Assembly: GCA_035295425.1 (NCBI GenBank)
Contig: DATGJB010000057.1
Location: 8,480 to 72,479, forward strand
Origin: Chloroflexota bacterium
GTDB taxonomy: Bacteria > Chloroflexota > UBA5177
Reading direction: 5' to 3'
Length of the DNA stretch: 64,000 nucleotides
In this document: piece by piece, positions 54,957 through 64,000 of the stretch
How positions within the stretch are numbered: the first letter of the stretch is position 1
Layout: each line of letters starts with the position of its first letter
Notes under the pieces: generated by a model
The model's input: the letters and a program-made list of their open reading frames with translations, nothing else
Databases searched by the model: none
Told to the model about the DNA's origin: nothing
Translations under genes and position numbers: made by a program

Positions 54957-56015
54957 ATGCGAGTCCTCCTCCGTGTCCTGGCTTCTGGTGCGGTTGTAGC
55001 CTCGGCCATCTGGTGGATTGCCGCCGTGTGGGACTTCGAGCACCCGCAGGTGGCGCCGAGTCTCTTGACCAACACGACAACGATGCTGGCCGCAGTCCTG
55101 CTCGGATTGCTGGTCCTGCTACTTGGGGGTCTGGTCCTACTCCTTGGGCAGGAGCGGAGATACAGCGCAATCGCCCTGGCGCTTTCAGGCCTTCTCTCGG
55201 CGGCCGGGCCGATCTGGGTCGTTGGCGATACCTTCACAAGCCTAAACGATTGGGACTTTGCCAACCGTACATTCCTGACTGCGTACCTGCCCGCTGTGGC
55301 CTTCTTGATGGATCGGGAACTGCCTCAGACCGATCACGTTCCTCATTTTGTCATTCACCACGCCGACCCAGTGCCGGCTTGGGAAGTAGCTGATCTGGAG
55401 CGACAGTGGCAGAGGTTGAGTCGACTCACCGGATCTGAGCCGAGAAACGGGATCGTTCTCTACCTTAACGACACCGGCGCCGATGCGCTTGGCATCGGTC
55501 ATCATGGAGCAGCGTACGGTCCGCTTGTCATTGCCTTACCCTTGACACTGGTCGACCCCTGTTCGGGCGGCAGCCTCCACGAGATTGCTCATGCCTTCAT
55601 GTACGTGCAAAGCAAAGGCAACACGTTTCCTCAGCTCCTGGACGAGGGATGGGCCGTGGCCAACCAAGGCTGTCCGGAGCACACGCTCGACCAGCAGGTG
55701 CTTGCCGACATCGAGAGCGGCCTCATGCCACCGCTCGAGGACCGGCTAACCGACGCCGGCTTCCGTGCTGCCCGCTATGGTGGCGCAAACACCGGTTACG
55801 ATGCCGGAGGCTCGTTTGTCTCCTGGCTGCTCACGCGGTATGGGGCGGCCCGCTTCATGTCATTCATCAACTCCGCCACGGTGGCAAGCTTCCAGACTCG
55901 AGCTCACGTGGTGTACGGCGCACCACTGGCGTCCCTGGAGGCTACCTGGCTCAGCCACATCGCCCGCGAATTTGGCATGCGAGCATTGGCATTCACCTCC
56001 GACCGGAACCCGTAA
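54957..56015 (+). CDS. Membrane-anchored hypothetical protein with an HEXXH motif (putative zinc metallopeptidase)
   Basis: Three N-terminal TM helices, then a soluble domain containing SLHEIAHAFMYV. The start is ATG at 54957; the track ORF from 54513 would run antisense through the LysE gene. Confidence 0.55.
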   Translation: MRVLLRVLASGAVVASAIWWIAAVWDFEHPQVAPSLLTNTTTMLAAVLLGLLVLLLGGLVLLLGQERRYSAIALALSGLLSAAGPIWVVGDTFTSLNDWDFANRTFLTAYLPAVAFLMDRELPQTDHVPHFVIHHADPVPAWEVADLERQWQRLSRLTGSEPRNGIVLYLNDTGADALGIGHHGAAYGPLVIALPLTLVDPCSGGSLHEIAHAFMYVQSKGNTFPQLLDEGWAVANQGCPEHTLDQQVLADIESGLMPPLEDRLTDAGFRAARYGGANTGYDAGGSFVSWLLTRYGAARFMSFINSATVASFQTRAHVVYGAPLASLEATWLSHIAREFGMRALAFTSDRNP

Positions 56016-56065
56016 CCCAGCGCCCACGACTCGGGTGGGCGGGCACCAGACGCTGCCCTGCAAAC

Positions 56066-56848
56066 TCAGGTCTCAGAGCTAGCGACGAGCCGCGGTCCGC
56101 CCGACTCGACCATGCCCAGCGCATCCCACTGCGCCATGTCGTGGCCGAAGACAAGTCTGGCATCTTCTATCTCGGCGGTCCGGCGCAACCGTTCAACGCT
56201 GGCGCGTGCCTGGGACACGTCCTTGACGGCGCCCAGTTTTCCGGTGCGCCAATGCTCTTCCGTGTACACCGCATCGAAAGTGAACAGCCAGGGCCGTTCC
56301 GGCAGGCGCACCAGCATCGACTGGTGTCCCGGCGTGTGTCCCGGCGTATGCAGCATCTCGACGCCTGGTGCGGGACTCCAGTCGCCGCTCACCGGTTGGA
56401 AGACCAGACCCGGGGCGTCCCAGACCGGCAGGTAGTGCTCGCTCTCCGACGCCACGGACAGCTCGGCCTCCTGCGCGGCGATCGAGACGCCTTCGAAGAG
56501 GGCGTTGCCGCCGGCATGGTCGGAGTGGAAGTGAGAGTTGACGACCAGGTCGACATCTCCAGGCTCGAGACCCAACAGACGCAGTTGCTCGTCCACCCGC
56601 TCGGTCGCGGCCACGCGCGACCGCAGCCACATGCCGTCCCAGCCGTACTCACGAGCCATGCCTCCTGGATCGCCGGCTGCAACCGGCGGCATGCCGGTAT
56701 CCACGAGCACGTTTTTCCCTTCGCTCCGTATGAGGACCGACATGACCGGCAACAGGACCCGGCGCCGAGAATCATCACCGGGATGGATGACCGCTCGATC
56801 GGCATCCAGCGTCCCGCACGAGAGCAGATACAGCTTCACTCGACCCAC
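56066..56848 (-). CDS. MBL-fold metallo-hydrolase, N-acyl-homoserine-lactonase (AiiA)-like
   Basis: HFHSDHAGG zinc-binding motif and additional His/Asp ligands (HTPGHTPGH, FGHD); 260 aa. Confidence 0.75.
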   Translation of the reverse strand: MGRVKLYLLSCGTLDADRAVIHPGDDSRRRVLLPVMSVLIRSEGKNVLVDTGMPPVAAGDPGGMAREYGWDGMWLRSRVAATERVDEQLRLLGLEPGDVDLVVNSHFHSDHAGGNALFEGVSIAAQEAELSVASESEHYLPVWDAPGLVFQPVSGDWSPAPGVEMLHTPGHTPGHQSMLVRLPERPWLFTFDAVYTEEHWRTGKLGAVKDVSQARASVERLRRTAEIEDARLVFGHDMAQWDALGMVESGGPRLVASSET

Positions 56849-57144
56849 TCCGGATCCTCGAGTCGCTCGATCCGTTGCTCTAGCCGCGCTACCGTCGCCC
56901 AGAGCGTCTCGACCGATGCCACCAGCTGAGCCAGCACGACGAGCAATTCAATGAGGATCGGCTGCGCCGCGTCCCAATCAGCCGTCTGCATCGCGCGGAT
57001 GCGCTGCAGCAGGTAGTCGCGGTCTCCACTCGCTCCCTCCGCCTGCCGGATCGTCGCCTGTCGCAGCAAGCGATCGATCTCTCGGTCGCTGAAGACGCGC
57101 CGGAGCTCTTCCAGCACCTCCTCCAGCGGCCGATTCCAATCCAC
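56836..57144 (-). CDS. Small hypothetical protein (102 aa), coupled to the lactonase-like gene
   Basis: It overlaps the lactonase start by 13 nt and has consistent codon usage. It has a GTG start with no good SD, and no family was recognised. Confidence 0.35.
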   Translation of the reverse strand: MDWNRPLEEVLEELRRVFSDREIDRLLRQATIRQAEGASGDRDYLLQRIRAMQTADWDAAQPILIELLVVLAQLVASVETLWATVARLEQRIERLEDPEWVE

Positions 57145-57157
57145 CAGACATTCTAGA

Positions 57158-57207
57158 GGGGTGGGCCGGACGCCGGGCCCACCCTCCTTGAGAGAAGGTG
57201 GGCCCGG
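57158..57207 (-). terminator. Compound structured element: three copies of GGTGGGCCCGG / CCGGGCCCACC forming two overlapping, mutually exclusive hairpins, directly downstream of the SBP gene
   Basis: Copy 1 at 57158-57169 and copy 2 at 57173-57184 pair as hairpin A. Copy 2 and copy 3 (57197-57207) pair as a perfect 11-bp hairpin B. Confidence 0.45.
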
Positions 57208-57224
57208 CTCGCTACGAGCTACTC

Positions 57225-58259
57225 CTAGTGGCCGCCGGCCATTTGCCAGTACTTCTGTGTGTAGGCATCAACTGGCGGATGGTTGATGACCTTCTCACGC
57301 AGCAGCGTGCTCCACGTGCGGTGATACGACGCAGGATCCATGTAGCCGATCGTGTGCTTGAGACCGGCGCCGTAGTTGATCAGCTTCGCCACCTCACGCG
57401 CCATGTAGATCTGATGGTGCAGGCCACCCGGCGCATTGGCTCCGGCGTAGGTGAATGAGATGCGTCCGGCCTGATCCGGGTTCTTGACCGCCCACTGCCA
57501 GCCCTCGATGGACGCCTTGAGGAACTTGGCGGCGATCGCGGCATGCGACTTGAGCCAGGACGGCTTGGCGAAGAGCCCGTCCTCCAGAATGCTCACGCCG
57601 AGTTTGTTGTAGTCGAAAATCCGGAGACTGCTCTTCGGCACGCGATCGAGCACGATCCCGAGCTCGTTGTAGGTCATGGCGTGCGCGACGTCCAGCGTGT
57701 GGTTCAGGAAGAGATCCATCGTGAACGGCTGGCTGACGACCGACATGTAGTTCGCCGGCGGCGACATATGGTACTTCGCCATCAGCGCGAAGAATTGATA
57801 CTCGTTGCCGAAGAACCAGACGCCGACCTTGTGCCCTTTGAACTGGGAGATACTGGTGATCCCGGTCGACTTGAATGTGATGAGCCGCATGCCCGAGGCC
57901 TGATAGATCTGGGCGATGTTCTGCAGGGGCAGCCCCTGCTCCCGCGACTTGATCAACGCCGAGAGCCAGTCAACCCCGAAGTCGGCGCCGCCCGAAGCGA
58001 CCACCTGTTCCGGCGCGATGGTCGGGCCCCCCTGCCGCAGCGTCACGTGCAGCCCTTGCTGGGCGTAGAAGCCCTTGTTGATCGCGACGTAGTAGCCCAT
58101 GAACTGGGCCTGATTCAGCCACTTCAGCTGGAGCGTTACGTTGGTCAGCCGCGCCGGGTGCGCCGTGGTGCGCGCGCTGACCACACTGCCCGCCCCGAAT
58201 ACCAGCACGCTGACGGCGAGCGCGATGCTGAGACCGCGCGAGAGCGCATGATGTCGCAT
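57225..58259 (-). CDS. ABC transporter substrate-binding protein, NMT1/SsuA/TauA-like (NitT/TauT family)
   Basis: Signal peptide MRHHALSRGLSIALAVSVLVFGAGS, then an NMT1-like fold (LQLKWLNQAQFMGYYVAINKGFYAQQGL). The start could alternatively be at 58286. Confidence 0.8.
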   Translation of the reverse strand: MRHHALSRGLSIALAVSVLVFGAGSVVSARTTAHPARLTNVTLQLKWLNQAQFMGYYVAINKGFYAQQGLHVTLRQGGPTIAPEQVVASGGADFGVDWLSALIKSREQGLPLQNIAQIYQASGMRLITFKSTGITSISQFKGHKVGVWFFGNEYQFFALMAKYHMSPPANYMSVVSQPFTMDLFLNHTLDVAHAMTYNELGIVLDRVPKSSLRIFDYNKLGVSILEDGLFAKPSWLKSHAAIAAKFLKASIEGWQWAVKNPDQAGRISFTYAGANAPGGLHHQIYMAREVAKLINYGAGLKHTIGYMDPASYHRTWSTLLREKVINHPPVDAYTQKYWQMAGGH

Positions 58260-58412
58260 GATCACTCCTCCAATATCGGCCGGCAAATGACCGGCCGGCA
58301 GTCGCTGCTTCCTTCAAGACGCATCTGTTCTCTTCGCTCGCTACCTCCTCTGTGCTAGCACTACTTCTCCTCTCGAGCGTCCCGACTCCGATCCTGGAGT
58401 CAACCGCCTGAC

Positions 58413-59306
58413 TCACCGACCTGCGCGAAACGAGATATGCCACGACGTAAGAATGCGCTCCAGCGCGACGACGATCAAGTACGCGGCGATGCCGATCGCG
58501 CACGCCACGACGACTGCCGCCCACACGTCGTCCATCACCAGGCTGCCGTCTTCCTTCTCGATAAAGTAACCGAGTCCCTGGGCCTGACCTCCGAAGTACT
58601 CGCCGATGATCGCGCCGATCATGGCAAGGCTGGTGTTGATCTTCAGTGCGTTGAAGACATAGGGAAGTGAGGCAGGAAGTCGAAGCTTGAAGAAGGTCGC
58701 CCACCAGCCGGCTGCATACGAGCGCATCAGCTGCAGTGAGAGTGAGTCGATCGAGGTGAGGCCTCGATAGGCGTTCACGAACATCGGGAACGAGGTCAGC
58801 ACGGCCGCGATGAATGCCTTGGACTGCCAATCGATGCCGAAGAGTACCAGGGCGATGGGTGCGAAGCCAACGATCGGCACGGAGTTTGTAATCACGGCGT
58901 AGGGAAGGAGACCGCGCGCAAAAAACCGGAAGCGCGTGGCGATGAGCGCGCCGGCGAACCCCACCACGGAGCCGATCAGATAGCCGGGGAGCGCCTCGCG
59001 AATGACCGTGTAATAGGTATCGGCTTTGAGCTCGCCGATGGTGGGCAACGTGTGGATGATCCGGCTTGGCGGCGGCAGGGTGTAGTCCGGGATGTTGAAC
59101 AGCTTGATGCCGTACTCCCAGGCGAGGATCAGAAGGACGAACACGATCGCCGGCGGGACTGCCTGACGCAGGGCGCGCGCCGGGTCAATGCGAATTCGCC
59201 CGGCCGCCCTGCCCGGCACCGCGATCGCGGTACTGTCGGGTGCGGCCCCGCCCGGGAGATCCTCCACTGCCGTTCGCTCCGTCATCACTCCGGCTCCACT
59301 CGCCAT
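58413..59306 (-). CDS. ABC transporter permease (NitT/TauT family)
   Basis: 6 TM helices, BPD_transp_1-type EAA loop. It overlaps the upstream permease gene. Confidence 0.8.
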   Translation of the reverse strand: MASGAGVMTERTAVEDLPGGAAPDSTAIAVPGRAAGRIRIDPARALRQAVPPAIVFVLLILAWEYGIKLFNIPDYTLPPPSRIIHTLPTIGELKADTYYTVIREALPGYLIGSVVGFAGALIATRFRFFARGLLPYAVITNSVPIVGFAPIALVLFGIDWQSKAFIAAVLTSFPMFVNAYRGLTSIDSLSLQLMRSYAAGWWATFFKLRLPASLPYVFNALKINTSLAMIGAIIGEYFGGQAQGLGYFIEKEDGSLVMDDVWAAVVVACAIGIAAYLIVVALERILTSWHISFRAGR

Positions 59307-60241
59307 CGGATTATGAGCCGCTCGCAGAGCACGACGGCGCCGAACAGAACGAGGCCCAGTACCGAGGCTGCCAGCATGGTCGACCAGAGGGAGACATTGT
59401 CGGTGTACTCACTCGCCAGCACGAGCGACTGGCCGATGCCGTGCGGCGAGCCGGATGGGAGCTCGGCGATGATCGCCCCCACCAGGCTGGCTGCCACGCC
59501 GATCTTGAGACCGGTGAAGAGGTACGGCAGGGCAGCAGGGAGGCGCAGCTTGAAGAAGACCTGCGCCGGTGTGGCGGCGTAGGAACGCATGAGCTCAAAA
59601 GCCAGTGGCTGCACCGATTGCAAACCCTTGTAGGTGCTGATCGTGATCGAATAAAAGGCCAGATACGCCGAGATCAACACCTCCGACCGCAACCCCAATC
59701 CGATCGATACGACGATCGCGGGCACCAGCGCCACGATCGGAATGGTCTGCGAGGCCACCACATAGGGGAGAAGTGAGCGCGCGAGGAGGCGGCTGCTCAT
59801 GAACATCACCGCGAGCAGGACGCCGATAAGCGCGCCCAACAGGAAGCCGAGCACCGCCACCCGGCCGGTCCAGCCGAGATCGACCCACAGGCCACCGTTG
59901 GCGTTGGGCGGTTGTCGAAGCTTGTCAAGGAAGTCGCCGATGGCTTGCACCGGTGTGGGGAGCTCGGGCTGCGACATGGTGAGCGATTGCCGGATTCGCT
60001 CGACAAGCGATGCGTGATTCCACTTCGCCGGGTTGATGTCCTGGCTTTCGACGCTCAGCGTCTTGTAATTGAAGTACGCGGCAAACGCGTACCAGAGAAT
60101 CACCAGGAAGACGAAGATTACCAGCGGGGGAATCACCGCGTCGAGCCAGCCCCGCAACCGACCGGGTTCATCACGCGAAGGAAGCATGTCCGGCACTGCG
60201 TCGCCCGGACCAGCCGCGAGCAGCGTCTCGGCCACGTTCAC
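59285..60241 (-). CDS. ABC transporter permease (NitT/TauT family, second subunit)
   Basis: 6 TM helices; coupled to the ATPase gene by a 4-nt overlap. Confidence 0.8.
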   Translation of the reverse strand: MNVAETLLAAGPGDAVPDMLPSRDEPGRLRGWLDAVIPPLVIFVFLVILWYAFAAYFNYKTLSVESQDINPAKWNHASLVERIRQSLTMSQPELPTPVQAIGDFLDKLRQPPNANGGLWVDLGWTGRVAVLGFLLGALIGVLLAVMFMSSRLLARSLLPYVVASQTIPIVALVPAIVVSIGLGLRSEVLISAYLAFYSITISTYKGLQSVQPLAFELMRSYAATPAQVFFKLRLPAALPYLFTGLKIGVAASLVGAIIAELPSGSPHGIGQSLVLASEYTDNVSLWSTMLAASVLGLVLFGAVVLCERLIIRWRVEPE

Positions 60242-61050
60242 ACCTCGTAGAGCCGGGATCTGACCTCGGCGATGTAGCGGAAGAAGCGCTCATCCTCTCG
60301 GATCTCGGCTCCCCGCGGACGCGGCAGATCGACCGTGATGATGCGATCGATGCGGCCGGGACGAGGCGTCATCACCACAATCCGGTCAGAGAGGAACACC
60401 GCCTCCGGAATACTGTGCGTGACGAACACGACGGTCGTTCCGGTCCGGCTCCAGATGTTGAGGAGCTCCATGTTGAGCCGCTCCCGCGTCATCTCGTCGA
60501 GCGCGCCGAACGGCTCGTCCATCAACAGGATCGAGGGGCGGAACGACAGAGCGCGCGCGATGGCGACACGCTGCTGCATGCCACCGCTGAGCTCCCACGG
60601 ATAGCGCCTGGCGAACTCAGACAGTCCCACCAGGTCGAGAAGCTCGCGCGTCCTCGCACCACGCTCCTGCTTCGGCACATTCATCAACTCCAGCGGCAGC
60701 TGCACATTGCGCTCGACGGTGCGCCAATCGTAGAGCACCGGCGACTGAAACACCATGCCGTACTGCCGGGTTCGCCTGCCTTCCGCGGCCGTCTTGCCGT
60801 GGACCATGATCCGGCCCGCACTGGGCTCCAGCAGATCGCCGATCAAGCGGAGCAGCGTACTCTTTCCGCAGCCGGATGGACCGATCAGCGAGACGAACTC
60901 CCCGGCCGCCACTGCCAGCCGGATGTCGGCCAAGGCCAGGAGATGCTCTCCCCGTGTGGCATACACCATGCTGACGCCATCGACGGCGATGGCATCCTGC
61001 GCGGCAGTATCGGGGGCCGGCGAATTGGGATTGGGGGAAAGGGCGCTCAC
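60238..61050 (-). CDS. ABC transporter ATP-binding protein (SsuB/TauB-like)
   Basis: GPSGCGKSTLL, LSGGMQQRVAIARAL, LLMDEPFGALD. Confidence 0.85.
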   Translation of the reverse strand: MSALSPNPNSPAPDTAAQDAIAVDGVSMVYATRGEHLLALADIRLAVAAGEFVSLIGPSGCGKSTLLRLIGDLLEPSAGRIMVHGKTAAEGRRTRQYGMVFQSPVLYDWRTVERNVQLPLELMNVPKQERGARTRELLDLVGLSEFARRYPWELSGGMQQRVAIARALSFRPSILLMDEPFGALDEMTRERLNMELLNIWSRTGTTVVFVTHSIPEAVFLSDRIVVMTPRPGRIDRIITVDLPRPRGAEIREDERFFRYIAEVRSRLYEV

Positions 61051-61245
61051 GGCTGCGGCTGACCTCTAGCGCGGCAGATGGAGACTGCGCAGCGGTCCCC
61101 TCCATCACACCTACTGTAGCTGCTGGCACAGCTTAGGGGCGCATCGAGTCTCTGTCAAATTCAACCCCGCGGTCCGACCTTGACGGATGTTGGCGGATGT
61201 GGTACAACAGCCATTGCGAGAGTCGAACCAGAGAAGGGAGACAGC

Positions 61246-62649
61246 ATGGCCACTCTGCTCGCGGCCTCAATTGACGATGCCACCATCCAGGACTTCGCCT
61301 CGCAGCTACGAGGGAGGCTGCTCCGGCCGGGGGATGAGGGCTATGACGCGGCCCGCACCCTCCACAACGCGATGATCGACCGGAATCCGGGGCTCATTGT
61401 CCGGGCCACCGGCACCGCCGACGTGATCAGCGCGGTGAACTTTGCCCGGACCCACGATCTCACCATCTCGGTGCGAGGGGGCGGACACGGGGTCGCCGGC
61501 CACGCCGTCTGCGACGGCGGTCTCATGGTCGATCTCTCGCTCCTCAACAGCGTTCGGGTGGATCCTGAGGCACGCATTGCCCGCGCCGGCGGAGGCTGCG
61601 TCTGGGGCGACGTCGACCATGAGACGCAGGCGTTTGGACTGGCGGTGACCGGCGGCCAGGTCTCGCACACCGGGATCGGCGGACTGACGCTGGGCGGCGG
61701 GATCGGCAACCTCGCCCGCAAGTTCGGTCTCAGCATCGACAACCTACTTTCCGCTGACATCGTGACGGCCGACGGCCGCCTCCTGACGGTGAGCGCGACA
61801 AGCCACCCGGACCTCTTCTGGGCAATTCGGGGAGGTGGCGGCAACTTCGGGATCGTTACCTCCTTCGAGTACCGGCTCCATCCGGTCGGACCGATCGTTG
61901 CCGGGGGAATGCTCGCATGGCCGGTGGAGCAGGCGCCGCAGGTCCTTCGCGCGTGGCGCGAATTCATGGCCACCGCGCCGGAAGAAGTCGAGGTCGGGGC
62001 CGCTTTTATCACCGCTCCGCCTCTGCCATTCGTACCACCGCACCTCGTCGGCAAACAGCTCATCGCGCTCATGCCGTGCTACGCCGGCCCACTGGAAGAG
62101 GGACTGCAGACGCTGGGCGCGCTTCGCACCTTTGCCGAGCCGGCGATCGACCTGCTCGGCCCCATTCCCTACGTGGCGCTCCAGCAGATGGTCGACGATG
62201 CCACGGCGTTCGGTATGCTCAACTACTGGAAGTCGGGATTCGTCAGTCGTTTCGACGATGCGGCGATCGAGACGCTACTCGAGCACACCACGCGCGTTAC
62301 CTCACCACTCTCGATCGTTCTTCTGCTTCCGCTGGGCGGCGCTATCCAGCGCGTCCCTGCCGGTGCAACGGCGTTCGGGCATCGTGAAGCGGTCCTCGAC
62401 ATGGTGATCTTCGCGGTCTGGACCGACCCCACGGAAAATGACCGGCATATCACCTGGACGCGCACCTTCTTCGATGCCATGCAGCCCTACCTGCAGGGCG
62501 TCTACGTCAACGGCATGGACGCCGACGAAACGGATCGCGTCAAGGCTGCCTACGACCCTGCGGTGTACGACCGGTTGGTTGCGGTGAAAAACGCCTACGA
62601 TCCAGCGAACCTGTTCCACCACAACGCGAACATCAAGCCAACAGTGTGA
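61246..62649 (+). CDS. FAD-binding oxidoreductase (PCMH-type FAD domain; berberine-bridge-enzyme / vanillyl-alcohol-oxidase-like)
   Basis: The start is MATLLAAS at 61246; the track ORF begins at 61180. RGGGHG motif, GGGxGN, and a C-terminal BBE-like region. Confidence 0.8.
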   Translation: MATLLAASIDDATIQDFASQLRGRLLRPGDEGYDAARTLHNAMIDRNPGLIVRATGTADVISAVNFARTHDLTISVRGGGHGVAGHAVCDGGLMVDLSLLNSVRVDPEARIARAGGGCVWGDVDHETQAFGLAVTGGQVSHTGIGGLTLGGGIGNLARKFGLSIDNLLSADIVTADGRLLTVSATSHPDLFWAIRGGGGNFGIVTSFEYRLHPVGPIVAGGMLAWPVEQAPQVLRAWREFMATAPEEVEVGAAFITAPPLPFVPPHLVGKQLIALMPCYAGPLEEGLQTLGALRTFAEPAIDLLGPIPYVALQQMVDDATAFGMLNYWKSGFVSRFDDAAIETLLEHTTRVTSPLSIVLLLPLGGAIQRVPAGATAFGHREAVLDMVIFAVWTDPTENDRHITWTRTFFDAMQPYLQGVYVNGMDADETDRVKAAYDPAVYDRLVAVKNAYDPANLFHHNANIKPTV

Positions 62650-62694
62650 GTATCCGCGGCGCCGGCCTCTCGGCACCTGGGCTCCGTTCGCGAT

Positions 62695-64000
62695 CTACAG
62701 GATGCCGAGGGGTCGCGTCAGCGCGCGCGGCAGGAACCGACCGTAGCCGGGCGTTCCCAGAAATCGGTCGCCGTCGACGATGAGGCGGCCGCGCAGCAGC
62801 ACCTTCTCGGGTATGCCCCGTACGGTCATCCCTTCGTAGAGGTTGTAGTCCACACGCGAGTGGCTCGTCGCCGCCGAGATCGTCCGTTCTCGGTTCATAT
62901 CCCAGATAGCGATGTCGGCGTCGTGACCGGGGGCAATTGCGCCCTTGCGTCCTTCCAGTCCAAACACTCGCGCCGGATTGGTGGCGGTGAGCGCGACAAA
63001 TCGCTCCAGATCGAGCCTTCCCCCATTCACCCCCGCGTGGTGCAAAACGACCAGCCGATCCTCGATACCGGGACAACCATTGGGGATGAGCGAAAAATCG
63101 TCCCTGCCGAGCACCTTCTGCGTCGCGAAGAAGAACGGACAGTGATCGGTTGACACGATGCCGAGGACGCCGTGGCGCAATCCTTCCCAGAGAGCGCGCT
63201 GATCCGGCACGGCACGAAAGGGTGGAGAGCAAACCCACTTGGCTCCCTCGAAGTCGCCACGCGCAACATCCTCACTGGTGAAGAACAGGTACTGCACGCA
63301 GGTCTCCGCCGTGACGTCAACCCCTCGCCTTCGTGCATCCCGGATGTGCCGCAGCGCGGGCTCGCAGGTGACGTGGACGACGTACAGTGGAGCGCCGAGA
63401 ATCTCGGCGATCGCAATGGCGCGTCCGGTCGCCTCGCCTTCCAGCTGCGGTGGTCTGGTGAGCGGATGCCAGCGGGTCTCGGTTCGGCCGGCCGCCAGCG
63501 ACTGCCGGATGAGGACGTCGATGACATCGCCGTTCTCGCAGTGCACCATGGTCAGCACGCCTGCGTCGCGCGCCCGCTCCATGGCAAGGAAGAGCGCGGC
63601 GTCATCGACCATCACTCGCCCCTTGTAGGCCATGAGCAGCTTGATCGTCGTTACGCCCTGGCCGGGCAGCCGCCCGATCTCCTCCAGTGTCGCGTCATTG
63701 ACATCGGTGACAGTGACATGGAAGCCGTAGTCGATGCACGCTTTCCCGCCCGCTCTCGCATGCCACGTCTTGATGGCATGCTCGAGCGTCTCGCCCCTCG
63801 ACTGGTTGGCAAAGTCCAGGTGCGTGGTGGTTCCGCCAAAGGCGGCGGCGACGTGACCGGTGTAAAAATCATCGCTCGAGCTGATCTCGCCCAACGGCAT
63901 GTCGAGGTGGGTGTGAACGTCGATTCCGCCGGGGAGGACGTGCTTCCCCTCCGCGTCGATGATGTCGGCTTCCGCGCTGTCGAGCTCGGCGCCGACCGCC
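62695..64000 (-). CDS. Dihydropyrimidinase / hydantoinase-type cyclic amidohydrolase. The N-terminus runs off the right edge of the window.
   Basis: Amidohydrolase-superfamily blocks (TTIKLLMAY, MVHCENGD, VVHVT, the catalytic-Asp region STDHCPF). The reading frame continues past 64000. Confidence 0.8.
   Translation of the reverse strand, partial: AVGAELDSAEADIIDAEGKHVLPGGIDVHTHLDMPLGEISSSDDFYTGHVAAAFGGTTTHLDFANQSRGETLEHAIKTWHARAGGKACIDYGFHVTVTDVNDATLEEIGRLPGQGVTTIKLLMAYKGRVMVDDAALFLAMERARDAGVLTMVHCENGDVIDVLIRQSLAAGRTETRWHPLTRPPQLEGEATGRAIAIAEILGAPLYVVHVTCEPALRHIRDARRRGVDVTAETCVQYLFFTSEDVARGDFEGAKWVCSPPFRAVPDQRALWEGLRHGVLGIVSTDHCPFFFATQKVLGRDDFSLIPNGCPGIEDRLVVLHHAGVNGGRLDLERFVALTATNPARVFGLEGRKGAIAPGHDADIAIWDMNRERTISAATSHSRVDYNLYEGMTVRGIPEKVLLRGRLIVDGDRFLGTPGYGRFLPRALTRPLGIL

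Noticed and set aside
1-64000. CRISPR arrays, rRNA genes, integrases, transposases, phage structural genes.
   Set aside because: There are no arrayed direct repeats with unique spacers. The only tandem repeat is a 2-copy 11-mer. There are no rRNA-like conserved stretches, and no recombinase or transposase motifs in any frame. tRNAs cannot be excluded by eye, but no gap has an obvious cloverleaf-sized G+C-balanced block.

Overview
High-G+C (about two-thirds G+C by eye) bacterial chromosomal segment, densely packed with genes. There are about 60 protein-coding genes, mostly in co-directional blocks with frequent 1-40 nt start/stop overlaps. I saw no rRNA genes, no CRISPR array, and no integrase or transposase; I cannot exclude a tRNA by eye. 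The window looks like core and accessory metabolism rather than a mobile island.

Gene blocks, left to right:
- 1..2281: a tetrahydrofolate-linked C1 module (GcvT-family enzyme fragment, IclR regulator, MetF-like reductase).
- 2407..5795: a small TOPRIM-like protein next to a large XRE-HTH + NB-ARC ATPase + TPR regulator.
- 6434..10987: an amino-acid/amine permease, an Fe-alcohol dehydrogenase and an aldehyde dehydrogenase operon.
- 11189..15287: a metallophosphoesterase, an AMP-dependent ligase and an MFS transporter block.
- Two Hsp20 genes, at 15348..15821 and 29167..29487. The first has a perfect sigma-54 type promoter (TGGCACG-N4-TTGCA) upstream.
- 15910..19988: a sulfotransferase, an orphan CoA-transferase A subunit, a Tat-secreted phospholipase-C family phosphoesterase, and a solitary ClpP.
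- 20157..23628: an ECF sigma / zinc-finger anti-sigma / ABC-2 exporter operon.
- 23670..26176: a PadR regulator and DHA2 MFS efflux pair with a translationally coupled 87-aa ORF.
- 26394..30708: cystathionine beta-synthase, APS kinase and DprA.
- 32382..34370: an ABC-F ATPase with a terminator-like hairpin in its 5' leader.
- 34821..36677: a 618-aa protein with a DprA/LOG-like (SLOG-superfamily) N-terminal domain fused to a four-helix membrane C-terminus. I consider it the best candidate for an undescribed sensor-effector system.
- 36744..47155: TlyA, then an Opp/Dpp-type ABC importer (SBP, 2 permeases, 2 ATPases) flanked by two glycoside hydrolase family-4 enzymes and a PfkB sugar kinase.
- 47276..49851: a secreted PQQ-like beta-propeller and a secreted hypothetical protein.
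- 50159..57144: an ABC-2 exporter (2 permeases + ATPase), a DUF5666-like triple-repeat membrane protein, a LysE exporter, a membrane-anchored HEXXH protein and an AHL-lactonase-like MBL hydrolase.
- 57225..61050: a NitT/TauT-type ABC importer.
- 61246..64000: an FAD-linked oxidase and a partial dihydropyrimidinase/hydantoinase.

Several strong hairpins and palindromes are recorded as candidate terminators or operators. Long ORFs antisense to recognisable genes are treated as G+C-driven artefacts.
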